The notes beneath the pieces are model-generated. The model made no database searches and was not told the DNA's origin. It saw nothing but the letters and a program-made list of their open reading frames with translations. A program made the position numbers and the translations under genes. Source: Patescibacteria group bacterium (GTDB taxonomy: Bacteria; Patescibacteriota; Patescibacteriia; UBA10025; JAHIVO01). Taken from it: 64,000 bases of DNA. Location: NCBI GenBank assembly GCA_041650915.1, contig JBAZKE010000001.1, positions 446,136 through 510,135 on the forward strand, read 5' to 3'. Shown here piece after piece: positions 29,370 to 37,167 of the stretch. Position 1 is the first letter of the stretch; every line of letters begins with the position of its first letter.

Positions 29370-29776
29370 TTGACTTTTGACAGGTCACCGCCGATCACGT
29401 CGGGCTGCATCGCTTCTATTTCTGCACGGTAAAGTTCGCTGGCAGGAACCGGCTGCAGCAGGAATATTTTTTTTCCGAGCACGTGTGCAAAACCGATTTC
29501 AAGAAATGTATTGCCGCCGATGTAATTTGCGACGCCGTTCTTGTCATAATTCAGTACGAGAATTGCGTCTGATTGACTGATGAGTCCGTAGTGATCCCTG
29601 ATGACGTCATGCTTGATTTTATTCAGGGAGTCTTCACTGCCGTGTATTATTTTTCCAGCGGCATAGTCTTTGGTTTGGAGCGGCATGCGGCACGTATGGC
29701 CGGCTTGCGTGAGCTGCTTTTGTGCGGCAAGCATTTGTTTCGCAAAGCTCATGCTGCCACAAATCGTTATAATCAT
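29366..29776 (-). CDS. nucleoside 2-deoxyribosyltransferase-like protein
   Basis: ITICGSM, SDAILVLN, YIGGNTFLEIGFA. Confidence 0.7.
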   Translation of the reverse strand: MIITICGSMSFAKQMLAAQKQLTQAGHTCRMPLQTKDYAAGKIIHGSEDSLNKIKHDVIRDHYGLISQSDAILVLNYDKNGVANYIGGNTFLEIGFAHVLGKKIFLLQPVPASELYRAEIEAMQPDVIGGDLSKVN

Positions 29777-29783
29777 AATCCCG

Positions 29784-30731
29784 TTACGTTAGCGTAGCGC
29801 CGATGAGCGAACCGCTGCCCCGTAAGAATGCATCGATACGGTGTTTCCGTTTTCCCGACAATTGTAGCGTGTACAGTTTGATGCCACCACTGCCGCATCC
29901 TACGATGGCGCCGTTACCGTGCTGCACGACTTGGCCGGGCTTAAGCCGCGTCGGCAGTCCCACGGCTTGCGCATCCAGAATGTGCAGGCGCCTTTCTCCC
30001 CATGAGCAATACGCTCCCGGCCATGGTGTGTAGGCACGTATCTGGCGTTCTATCTGTTCGGCAGGCAGCATCCAGTCGATTTTGCCGGCCTGTTTTTTTA
30101 TAGTTTTCGTCAGCGGCGTTGGGCTGTTTAGGGGCTGTTGCTGGGGTTTGAGTTTGCCTTCGAGAAAGGGGAGCAGCGATTCTTTCAGTATGCTGGTGCC
30201 GAGTGCTGCGAGCGTGTTATGGAGCTCGTCGCAGGCGATGCCACGGGGAATTGGAATCTTTTTTTCGGCAATGATGGGGCCGGTATCGAGGCCAGCGTCG
30301 ATCTGCATGAGCGTGACGCCGGTTGTGGTGTCGCCCGCGAGCAGCGCAGCCTGAATCGGCGATGCGCCGCGGTATTTTGGCAGGAGCGAAGCATGCACGT
30401 TGATCCACCCGTGTGGCGGGATGCTGAGAAAGCCTGGGGGAATAATCTTGCCATACGCCACGAGAACTGCGATATCGGCTCCGAAGCCGGAAAATGCTGC
30501 CATAAACGCCGCCGTATCAAGACGCGGGGGCTGGAATACGGGGATATCGTTTTTCTTTGCGAATACCTTGACCGGAGGGGGAGTTACAACTTGTTTTTTA
30601 CCCACCGGCTTGTCAGGCTGGGTAATGACGGCAGTGACACTGATATGCGGCATGGACAAGAGCGCCTCGAGCGCTGGCACGGCGAATTCGGGCGTTCCAA
30701 AAAAAACTGCTTTATAGAGTTTTCGGTTCAT
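29784..30731 (-). CDS. fmt: methionyl-tRNA formyltransferase
   Basis: FFGTPEFA, TQPDKP, NVHASLLPKYRGASPIQ. Confidence 0.96.
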   Translation of the reverse strand: MNRKLYKAVFFGTPEFAVPALEALLSMPHISVTAVITQPDKPVGKKQVVTPPPVKVFAKKNDIPVFQPPRLDTAAFMAAFSGFGADIAVLVAYGKIIPPGFLSIPPHGWINVHASLLPKYRGASPIQAALLAGDTTTGVTLMQIDAGLDTGPIIAEKKIPIPRGIACDELHNTLAALGTSILKESLLPFLEGKLKPQQQPLNSPTPLTKTIKKQAGKIDWMLPAEQIERQIRAYTPWPGAYCSWGERRLHILDAQAVGLPTRLKPGQVVQHGNGAIVGCGSGGIKLYTLQLSGKRKHRIDAFLRGSGSLIGATLT

Positions 30732-31197
30732 CGGGTACGTTACCTTTCGTAATGCTTTTTGCACGGTCCGTGAACAGTATGCCGTCGAGGTGGTCCACTT
30801 CGTGCTGGAATACCCGGGCGAGCAAACCGCGTGCTTTTATTGAAATGCGGCTTCCTTCTTTGTCGTATCCGACTACGGTTAGACTCTGGTGCCTGCGTAC
30901 AATGCCATAAACGCCCGGAATCGAGAGGCAACCTTCTTCACCGTCTTCTTTCTTGAATGATTTGCGGAGAAGGCGGGGGTTAATAACGCTCATCGGGCCG
31001 TCTTTCGTGCTGATCGCGATGATTCGTATCAGCTTATTAACTTGGTTTGCGGCAAGCCCAATACCGTCCCGTTCGAGCATCGTTTTCTCAAACTGGCTGA
31101 TGAAGTCGTGGAGCTTGCCAATTTCTTGTACGGGAACCTCGAGTGATCGAGTCCGCAGCGTATGATGTGGCTGTGTAATGATTGTCAGAAGCGGCAT
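30712..31197 (-). CDS. def: peptide deformylase
   Basis: GIGLAANQ, EGCLS, QHEVDHLDG. Confidence 0.97.
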   Translation of the reverse strand: MPLLTIITQPHHTLRTRSLEVPVQEIGKLHDFISQFEKTMLERDGIGLAANQVNKLIRIIAISTKDGPMSVINPRLLRKSFKKEDGEEGCLSIPGVYGIVRRHQSLTVVGYDKEGSRISIKARGLLARVFQHEVDHLDGILFTDRAKSITKGNVPDEPKTL

Positions 31198-31276
31198 AGT
31201 CGTATCGGTAGCGGGATTGAGTATACGCCAAGGTTAGCTTTTTTTCAAGTCGTGCGTGTTGTGCTACCATGTTACT

Positions 31277-31858
31277 ATGGATGTCGAAGGTTTACAGTAC
31301 GAAGCGCAAATGACCTGGCAAGACGTATTCGAGCGGTGGAAATCGCGTGAAGGCGTGCGGAGTGACTGGCAGCAGGTCGCCCGTGACAAGGGTTGGGACT
31401 CGTGGGAAGAGTGGCGGTCTCATTGGGTTGCCAATTTCGGCGCGCAGGAACGCACCTGGGTGCGCTATGCCATACCTGATCCGGTAAAAACTGTGCCGCA
31501 ATTCAGGATTGGACCAAGCCGGTCATGGCAAAAGTTTTTTCCAGAGACGGAGCGTAACCGCCATACGTTCGCTACACTCGTTGAACGCGCACCGCTCGCG
31601 CGCAACGGCAAGGTGCAAGCACTCAAGGAGCATTTTCCAGAGCCTACGGAATTCATTGGGGTGTATGTACCGGACAAGCGAATTGTTCTCATTGAAGGGC
31701 ACCACCGTGCAGCTGCGCTCGGTCTGCTGGCGCAGCAGGGGAAACGGGTATTGTTCGTCCAGCTTCCTACGATTGCAGTAACAGTATTCAACCCGGGGGA
31801 AGCAGAAATACTGGACCAGATGCTCGAACGGGGATCTGAAAAAAAGAATTATTTATAG
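31277..31858 (+). CDS. hypothetical Trp-rich protein with ParB/Srx-like motif
   Basis: IVLIEGHHRAAAL resembles the ParB N-terminal DGHHR motif; TG-N-TACCAT 6 nt before ATG. Confidence 0.65.
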   Translation: MDVEGLQYEAQMTWQDVFERWKSREGVRSDWQQVARDKGWDSWEEWRSHWVANFGAQERTWVRYAIPDPVKTVPQFRIGPSRSWQKFFPETERNRHTFATLVERAPLARNGKVQALKEHFPEPTEFIGVYVPDKRIVLIEGHHRAAALGLLAQQGKRVLFVQLPTIAVTVFNPGEAEILDQMLERGSEKKNYL

Positions 31859-31877
31859 TTTGTATCAATTCAATAAT

Positions 31878-31906
31878 TTGACACTTTTTTATAACTACCC
31901 TATACT
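31878..31906 (+). promoter_or_regulatory. sigma-70 promoter
   Basis: TTGACA-N17-TATACT. Confidence 0.8.
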
Positions 31907-31914
31907 TCCTTCCA

Positions 31915-32050
31915 ATGAAAACGCACCGCACCACCATTCTCATTAATCTCGTTATTCTTACTGATCTTAGGAGATCAGGCGTTTTCGTGAAGTCTTAGCA
32001 AACGAGTTTAGATAAACGAAAGGCTGATCTTCTGAAAGGATCAGTTTTTT
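31915..32050 (+). promoter_or_regulatory. attenuator 1: leader peptide MKTHRTTILINLVILTDLRRSGVFVKS (31915-31998) with antiterminator and terminator
   Basis: 1:2 CTGATCT/AGATCAG (31961-31978); 2:3 31972-31988 with 32016-32030; 3:4 CTGATCTT/AGGATCAG plus T6. Confidence 0.75.
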
Positions 32051-32132
32051 ATATAGCTCTTTTTCAGCTCATAGCCATCGGGTAATGAAGAAACCGCGAA
32101 TACAGAACATTTTGTTGCCAAGGGGTGAATCT

Positions 32133-32297
32133 ATGCCAGAATCAGATGAAAAGAAGGAAACGGCAGCAGTTGAGGAAACCTCAGCAGCCGGCGCTCAGAG
32201 CTCCTATGAAGCACTCAACAAACTCTGTTGTGATGATCACCTGCGCGGTGCATCCGGAACGCCGCCGCCGCCGTTTCCCACGTGGCCAGTGTGCTAA
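32133..32297 (+). CDS. small protein (54 aa): acidic N-terminus, CCDDH and Pro-rich C-terminus
   Basis: AGGGGTG SD-like site before ATG; followed by hairpin 32331-32363; alternative start 32085. Confidence 0.55.
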   Translation: MPESDEKKETAAVEETSAAGAQSSYEALNKLCCDDHLRGASGTPPPPFPTWPVC

Positions 32298-32373
32298 CCT
32301 GCCTATAGAGGCGGAATGGGCACCAGAGCAGGCCGGGGAGACCTTTTGTGGGTTTCTCCGGCCACCTCATTTT

Positions 32374-32414
32374 TGTGGATAACTATTTGACTGTTTTTTT
32401 CTATGGTATATACT
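32374..32414 (+). promoter_or_regulatory. DnaA box plus sigma-70 promoter
   Basis: TGTGGATAA (32374-32382), TTGACT-N16-TATACT. Confidence 0.6.
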
Positions 32415-32429
32415 TCCAATCAATACGCC

Positions 32430-32565
32430 ATGAAAAACGTCTGCTCAATACAATTGTTTAACCTCTTTCTCCTTGCGCACGCGGGGAGTGCTGGCGTATT
32501 GGTCGAGCGTTAGAACGTACGTATAGAGTAGCGACACGCCAGTCTCCCGAGCAGGGAGATTTTTT
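32430..32565 (+). promoter_or_regulatory. attenuator 2: leader peptide MKNVCSIQLFNLFLLAHAGSAGVLVER (32430-32513) with antiterminator and terminator
   Basis: 1:2 CTCCTTGC/GCGGGGAG; 2:3 GGGAGTGCTGGCGT with ACGCCAGTCTCCC; 3:4 TCTCCC/GGGAGA plus T6. Confidence 0.7.
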
Positions 32566-32625
32566 ATATAACATTTTTTTCGATACATTTGCGCTTGCGG
32601 ATTTCCGGCACAAATTTTTCCTGCG

Positions 32626-32758
32626 ATGAATACTAAAACAATGAACGTACTGTTCCTTTTTCTCGGTCTTACCGCGCCGGTTCTCTTCGCGTACCATTGA
32701 ATTGCACAGCAATTGAGCGTACACGAAAGGGACTGGCGGATATAGCGCCAGTTTTTTT
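32626..32758 (+). promoter_or_regulatory. attenuator 3: leader peptide MNTKTMNVLFLFLGLTAPVLFAYH (32626-32700) with antiterminator and terminator
   Basis: 2:3 CGCCGGTTCTCTTCGCGTAC with GTACACGAAAGGGACTGGCG; 3:4 ACTGGCG/CGCCAGT plus T-run to 32758. Confidence 0.7.
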
Positions 32759-32805
32759 AAAAAATCACAAACAAACCAAAAACAGCGTACCTTAAGGAGG
32801 TTTCC

Positions 32806-33099
32806 ATGAACACGGACGCAACAGTGACCGCACAGTGCCCGCAGTGCCATCAGCCGTTGAACGTCACCTGGGAGTCAGACCGGTATACGTTCAGGTGTTC
32901 CTGCGGCTATCGCAGTGAATTCCCGAGCCTAACCGCGAGCATGGCTCAATTGACCTTCACTCACCGTAAGTGCGGCGTTAATCTGAGCCCGATCGGCCAT
33001 GATCCGATCATCTCGGAACACTGCCGGTGCAAGGCGTGGACTGAAGATGCGCTGATCGGCAGCATGACGATTCAGACGGTTTTAATAGGAGGCTGGTGA
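32806..33099 (+). CDS. small Cys/His-rich protein, probable double zinc ribbon
   Basis: AAGGAGG SD; CPQC, CSC, HRKC, CRC motifs; terminator follows. Confidence 0.7.
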   Translation: MNTDATVTAQCPQCHQPLNVTWESDRYTFRCSCGYRSEFPSLTASMAQLTFTHRKCGVNLSPIGHDPIISEHCRCKAWTEDALIGSMTIQTVLIGGW

Positions 33100-33136
33100 C
33101 AGCCTGTTTACGGACCGAACGGTGCATCGCTTATCA

Positions 33137-33168
33137 GGGGCAGATCTCTGGATCTGCCCCGGTTTTTT
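33137..33168 (+). terminator. intrinsic terminator
   Basis: GGGGCAGATC / GATCTGCCCC plus T-run. Confidence 0.8.
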
Positions 33169-35044
33169 ATAATAACGTTTCAGGGTCACGGTCGATGATC
33201 CAGTCGTGAGGCACGTGATCGGCAGCCATTGCCAGGATGGGCTGATCCTCTTCGGATTTAAACTTTACGATAACATACATGCGCCACCTGTTCTGCTGGA
33301 ACGGGCGCAACGGGGTCAGGAGCATGACGTCGAGTTTGGAAAACTTGAGCATCCGGTAAAGACGCTGTGCCTCCCTCAGGCACTGTTCCTTATCGCGGCT
33401 TGAGTATATGAGCTTCAGAAGGCTTCCATACGGCGGATAGTTTGCCGCTTCACGTTCCCGGAGTTCATGCTGATAAAAGGGTGTATGCTCGCCGGTTAAG
33501 AAATGTCTGAGAGCCGCATTGTCAGGGGAATATGTCTGCACGACTAGCGACGATTGATTCAAATACTGCAGTTTCCGTAAAAGCTGAAAGGTGCGTTCGC
33601 TCGATCTGAAATCCGGGAGGTGCAGGAAGGTATCGGCCGAAATGACGCCAGTCAAACCAACCGATTGCCAGTCGAGGTGATTGAGGATTCGTATGGTGCC
33701 GATAATGATATCCTTGCCATGCAATACCGTATTGAGCTCAGTATCTGCATCAAATCTGGCGGAAGAAGCGCTTGGCCACCTTTTCCTAACTTCCCGTTCG
33801 ACTTTCTGAGTGCCAGTTCCGGTAAATGTAAAGCCTGCGCCGCTACACCGAGGGCAGCACGGGGGCATCATGCTTTTTTTATTGCATCGGTGGCAGTACA
33901 GTGCATTTTCTTTCTCGTGGTAAATGAGCGGAAGGCTGCAGGTACTGCACGATAGTGAAGAGCCGCAGTCATTGCACAGCACCGCAGAAGAACTGCCGCG
34001 TTTATTTAAAAAAAGGAGCACCTGCTTTTTTGCTCTGAGAGCTGCATCTACCTCGGACTGCAACAGGTCCGAAAAAAGCGAGTAGTTTCTCTTCTTGTGC
34101 TCTTCTCGCATGTCAATGAGTTGCAGTTTCGTTTTTGGCGGATTTCCCGTTGTAAGAATGTTTGCAGTTTTGCGTACACCGCGCGAGAACGAAACGACGG
34201 TCGGTGCCGGCGATATTCGCATGAGCTGTGCCCCGTGCAGTCGGGCGAGCTGTTCTGCCGCTGTCCGGGAATCGTATCGCGGATTCTGGTCTGCTTGCTT
34301 ATGGTTTTGGTCGTCCTCCTGGTCAATAATGATATGTCCTAACTTTTTATACGGCATGAAAAGCGCGAGTTTTGTGCCGACCGTAATGGCAGCGTCGCTG
34401 TCTTGGATCGACTGGTATGCCCTGTAGTAATCACTTTTATTAAGTTTGCTGTGGATTATCGCTGTTTTTTTCTGAAGATTGCGCGGGAAGAGAGATTTGA
34501 TGTGCCCAATATCCTGGATGCCAGGCACGATGATGAGCAAATGCTTCTTTACGCTGCGGGCAATTTCTCCGATGAACGAATCATGCTCGTCGGGGTTACA
34601 TGGAAGAAAAATATGTTCCCTCGCCAGATTACGGGCAGCCTGCCTCGCAAGGGAAGCCGCTTCACGGGCTATGCCATACTTCACTCGGTGGATTGCGCCA
34701 GGGGATTTTTTCCCCGCCATCCGTTTCGGCATTGACGGCAGGATCATTTTAATGACCGTACCGAGCGATACACTGTAGTACCGTGAAATCCATTCAGCGA
34801 GCGCCACCTGCTCCGGCGTCAGCAGAGTGCTCGTCTGCGCTCTGCCTGCAAGAGGTTTGATTTTTTTCCCCTCGATGCCTTGTTGTTTTATTTTTATTAC
34901 GATGCCTTCACGCATCGAATTGCGAAAGGGGATCGTGACGAGCTGGCCGACCTTTATTGTTTTTTCGAACGAAAAAGGCACCTCGTAATCAAAAATTCCG
35001 AGATTTTTTGGGAATCGTTGGGATAATACGATTTCACAGAACAT
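33167..35044 (-). CDS. priA: primosomal protein N' (PriA) lacking Walker A and DExH motifs
   Basis: N-terminal 3'-binding domain, LFLNKRG, four CxxC pairs, GTGTQKVE, PDFRSSER, YPPY. Confidence 0.9.
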   Translation of the reverse strand: MFCEIVLSQRFPKNLGIFDYEVPFSFEKTIKVGQLVTIPFRNSMREGIVIKIKQQGIEGKKIKPLAGRAQTSTLLTPEQVALAEWISRYYSVSLGTVIKMILPSMPKRMAGKKSPGAIHRVKYGIAREAASLARQAARNLAREHIFLPCNPDEHDSFIGEIARSVKKHLLIIVPGIQDIGHIKSLFPRNLQKKTAIIHSKLNKSDYYRAYQSIQDSDAAITVGTKLALFMPYKKLGHIIIDQEDDQNHKQADQNPRYDSRTAAEQLARLHGAQLMRISPAPTVVSFSRGVRKTANILTTGNPPKTKLQLIDMREEHKKRNYSLFSDLLQSEVDAALRAKKQVLLFLNKRGSSSAVLCNDCGSSLSCSTCSLPLIYHEKENALYCHRCNKKSMMPPCCPRCSGAGFTFTGTGTQKVEREVRKRWPSASSARFDADTELNTVLHGKDIIIGTIRILNHLDWQSVGLTGVISADTFLHLPDFRSSERTFQLLRKLQYLNQSSLVVQTYSPDNAALRHFLTGEHTPFYQHELREREAANYPPYGSLLKLIYSSRDKEQCLREAQRLYRMLKFSKLDVMLLTPLRPFQQNRWRMYVIVKFKSEEDQPILAMAADHVPHDWIIDRDPETLL

Positions 35045-35046
35045 AG

Positions 35047-35565
35047 CTACGTATGGCGCTCCACGGTAAACCGGTACAGGAGTAGCGTGGGATCGCGCTG
35101 GTCCATCCCCCCCTTATTGCAGCAAATTGCGAACTGATCCTCGGCGCTGTCGATCCCGATGTCCGGCAGCAGCAGGCCTGATTGGTTTTCACCGTTTTTG
35201 ACTATAAGGCCGTGTATTGTGGGATTTTGGTCTATGAGGGAAAAAATCTGTTCAGGCTTCGAAAGCACGTCAACGTGTATGCTCAGGTCGTCAAGCTCGT
35301 CAGCGGAGATCGGATTAAAGCGCGGATCGCCAAAAGCTGCGGCGATTGCATTCGTAACTATTTCAAGCGCAACCATCGCCTTTGCGGGCTGGAAGGTGCC
35401 GATACAGCCACGCAAGGCCTGGTTGGATTTTTTATGAATCGAAACGAAAATGCCCGCTTTTCGCGTGAGCATTTCTCCCGGCAAATTGGGAGGCAGTTCG
35501 GGTTCGATGCCGGTGTGAACGAAGTCTGCAACGGCCTTAGTGGCGAGCTCAACGTACGGGTCCAT
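35047..35565 (-). CDS. amrA: AmmeMemoRadiSam system protein A (AMMECR1 domain)
   Basis: GIFVSI..LRGCIGT, DPRF, GLLLPD. Confidence 0.9.
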   Translation of the reverse strand: MDPYVELATKAVADFVHTGIEPELPPNLPGEMLTRKAGIFVSIHKKSNQALRGCIGTFQPAKAMVALEIVTNAIAAAFGDPRFNPISADELDDLSIHVDVLSKPEQIFSLIDQNPTIHGLIVKNGENQSGLLLPDIGIDSAEDQFAICCNKGGMDQRDPTLLLYRFTVERHT

Positions 35566-35638
35566 AGTGTCCCTATTGTATCACGTTATGGGAGTACAAA
35601 AAAGCCATCGCAAAAGCCGGTGGCTCTGTATACAAAAA

Positions 35639-36343
35639 TTATAAATTCTGAAGCAGCCTTCTCGAGAACGTGTAGTTTGGCTGTACGAGGCGTTTGAGCG
35701 TCCGAATCGAAAGCTTGTCAGCGACGTGGTCAGCGAGGGAATTCATCACGATGTAACTCAGGGCCGTTCCGCCGGTAAAGAGCATCCGTTCAAGAAATAC
35801 GATTGGGATAAGGCCGATCCAGACCTCTGCAGGAAGGTTGAAAATATAGAGGAACGTGACGCTGCCGATCGCATGGGCGGTAAAAGTGGCGCCGAGGCTG
35901 TTAAAAACGAGGCTGCGTTTTGCGAAAGAAGCCGCGAGAGGAATCAGCCAGTAGAGCGAGTAAAACCATGCGCCGCGTCCTTCAGGATGGAGCATGAAGA
36001 GCGCAATGCATGCGAGGGGGAGCATCGCGACGAGCGTTTTATATCTGCGTGCGCCGAAGTAAAGTGCGGCGAGCGCGAGCGGGAAGAGGCGCACAACCGT
36101 TGCCGCATCGAGGCTTTGGTCGGTGATGAGCGCATTGGCGAGCTTTACGATTACGACTGATAGCGCACCCCAGAGGGATGTTAAAAAAGCACCAATAGTG
36201 GGTGCAAAAAAGTCGAACAATGAAAACTGCTGGCTCGACCCGATTATGTTCGTGAAGGGAATCTGAAGAAATAGAAATCCTACGCCAATGAATGCGCAGA
36301 GGTAAAAAATTTTTCTATTATTTTTTTTCATATTCGTGGCCAT
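35639..36343 (-). CDS. multi-pass membrane protein (ECF S-component-like by size)
   Basis: ~6-7 hydrophobic segments, TFTAHAIG and ER motifs; family not certain. Confidence 0.7.
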   Translation of the reverse strand: MATNMKKNNRKIFYLCAFIGVGFLFLQIPFTNIIGSSQQFSLFDFFAPTIGAFLTSLWGALSVVIVKLANALITDQSLDAATVVRLFPLALAALYFGARRYKTLVAMLPLACIALFMLHPEGRGAWFYSLYWLIPLAASFAKRSLVFNSLGATFTAHAIGSVTFLYIFNLPAEVWIGLIPIVFLERMLFTGGTALSYIVMNSLADHVADKLSIRTLKRLVQPNYTFSRRLLQNL

Positions 36344-36351
36344 GTTACTGA

Positions 36352-37149
36352 TTAGCGTGCCAGTTTTAAGTTGGCGACCATGTATCCGACCCCGAACGGG
36401 CCTTCATATGAGTACACATCCGTTGTGAAGGACATGCTGTTGAGTATGCCGAGGAGGAGGATAATTGAGCGGAGCCCGCACTCGCCCGCTTCATCGACAA
36501 AGTCAGCATCGAGGTTGAGGATTCCCTTGATGTCATTTTTTTTGAGCAAACCGACGAGTGTTTCATCAAATTTTTTGGCCCAGTGTGAGAACCCAGCGGG
36601 AGCATCCGGAGTCAGGCGGTGGGAGAGATCGCCGGAAGCGATAACCGCGATGCGTTTCGTGTCATTGATCATATCTTCCTGCAGCTGCTTTCCGAATTCG
36701 TAATGCTCATTGTAGTCGAGCATAGAGAATGAGACCGGTACGATTTTTATGTCTTTCCTGTCAAGGCTTTTTGTGAAGAAGTAGAGCGGAACCCCTGCAC
36801 CGTGGTCCAGCTCCTCCTTGTGGATGAGTACGACGCGCATCTTTGATTCAAGAATTTCTTTGTAGTGGTGTATGAGGCCAATGTCGCCGGGAAGCTTGAT
36901 TTCCGTTGACAGATCGCCGAATTCTTTAAACGTAATGCGGAATTCTGGCGACATATTGAGCGTAAAGGCGTCAGCGTGCATGGGTCCGTGCGGAGAAATG
37001 ATTACGATCGTATCGGGCTTTGAAGCGTAGAGGTCCTCACTGAGCCGTTCCATGCTCGCCGTCGTTTTCTGCACAAAACGTACGTTTTCTTTGCCGATTT
37101 CCGGTATCAGTATCGGCGGGTGGGGCGTAATAGCACTGAAAACAATCAT
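36352..37149 (-). CDS. amrB: AmmeMemoRadiSam system protein B (MEMO/LigB-like dioxygenase fold)
   Basis: PHPP, SPHG, DHG..VPL, ASGDLSH, ECGLRS, YEGPFGVGY. Confidence 0.85.
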   Translation of the reverse strand: MIVFSAITPHPPILIPEIGKENVRFVQKTTASMERLSEDLYASKPDTIVIISPHGPMHADAFTLNMSPEFRITFKEFGDLSTEIKLPGDIGLIHHYKEILESKMRVVLIHKEELDHGAGVPLYFFTKSLDRKDIKIVPVSFSMLDYNEHYEFGKQLQEDMINDTKRIAVIASGDLSHRLTPDAPAGFSHWAKKFDETLVGLLKKNDIKGILNLDADFVDEAGECGLRSIILLLGILNSMSFTTDVYSYEGPFGVGYMVANLKLAR

Positions 37150-37167
37150 AGTGCTGAGAAGTTTAGG

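Noticed and set aside
32374-32382. Replication origin from DnaA boxes
   Set aside because: Boxes are isolated singles kilobases apart, with no dnaA/dnaN nearby.
32458-32850. 130-aa minus-strand ORF over the attenuator region
   Set aside because: No recognisable motifs; + strand promoter, terminators and SD explain the region.
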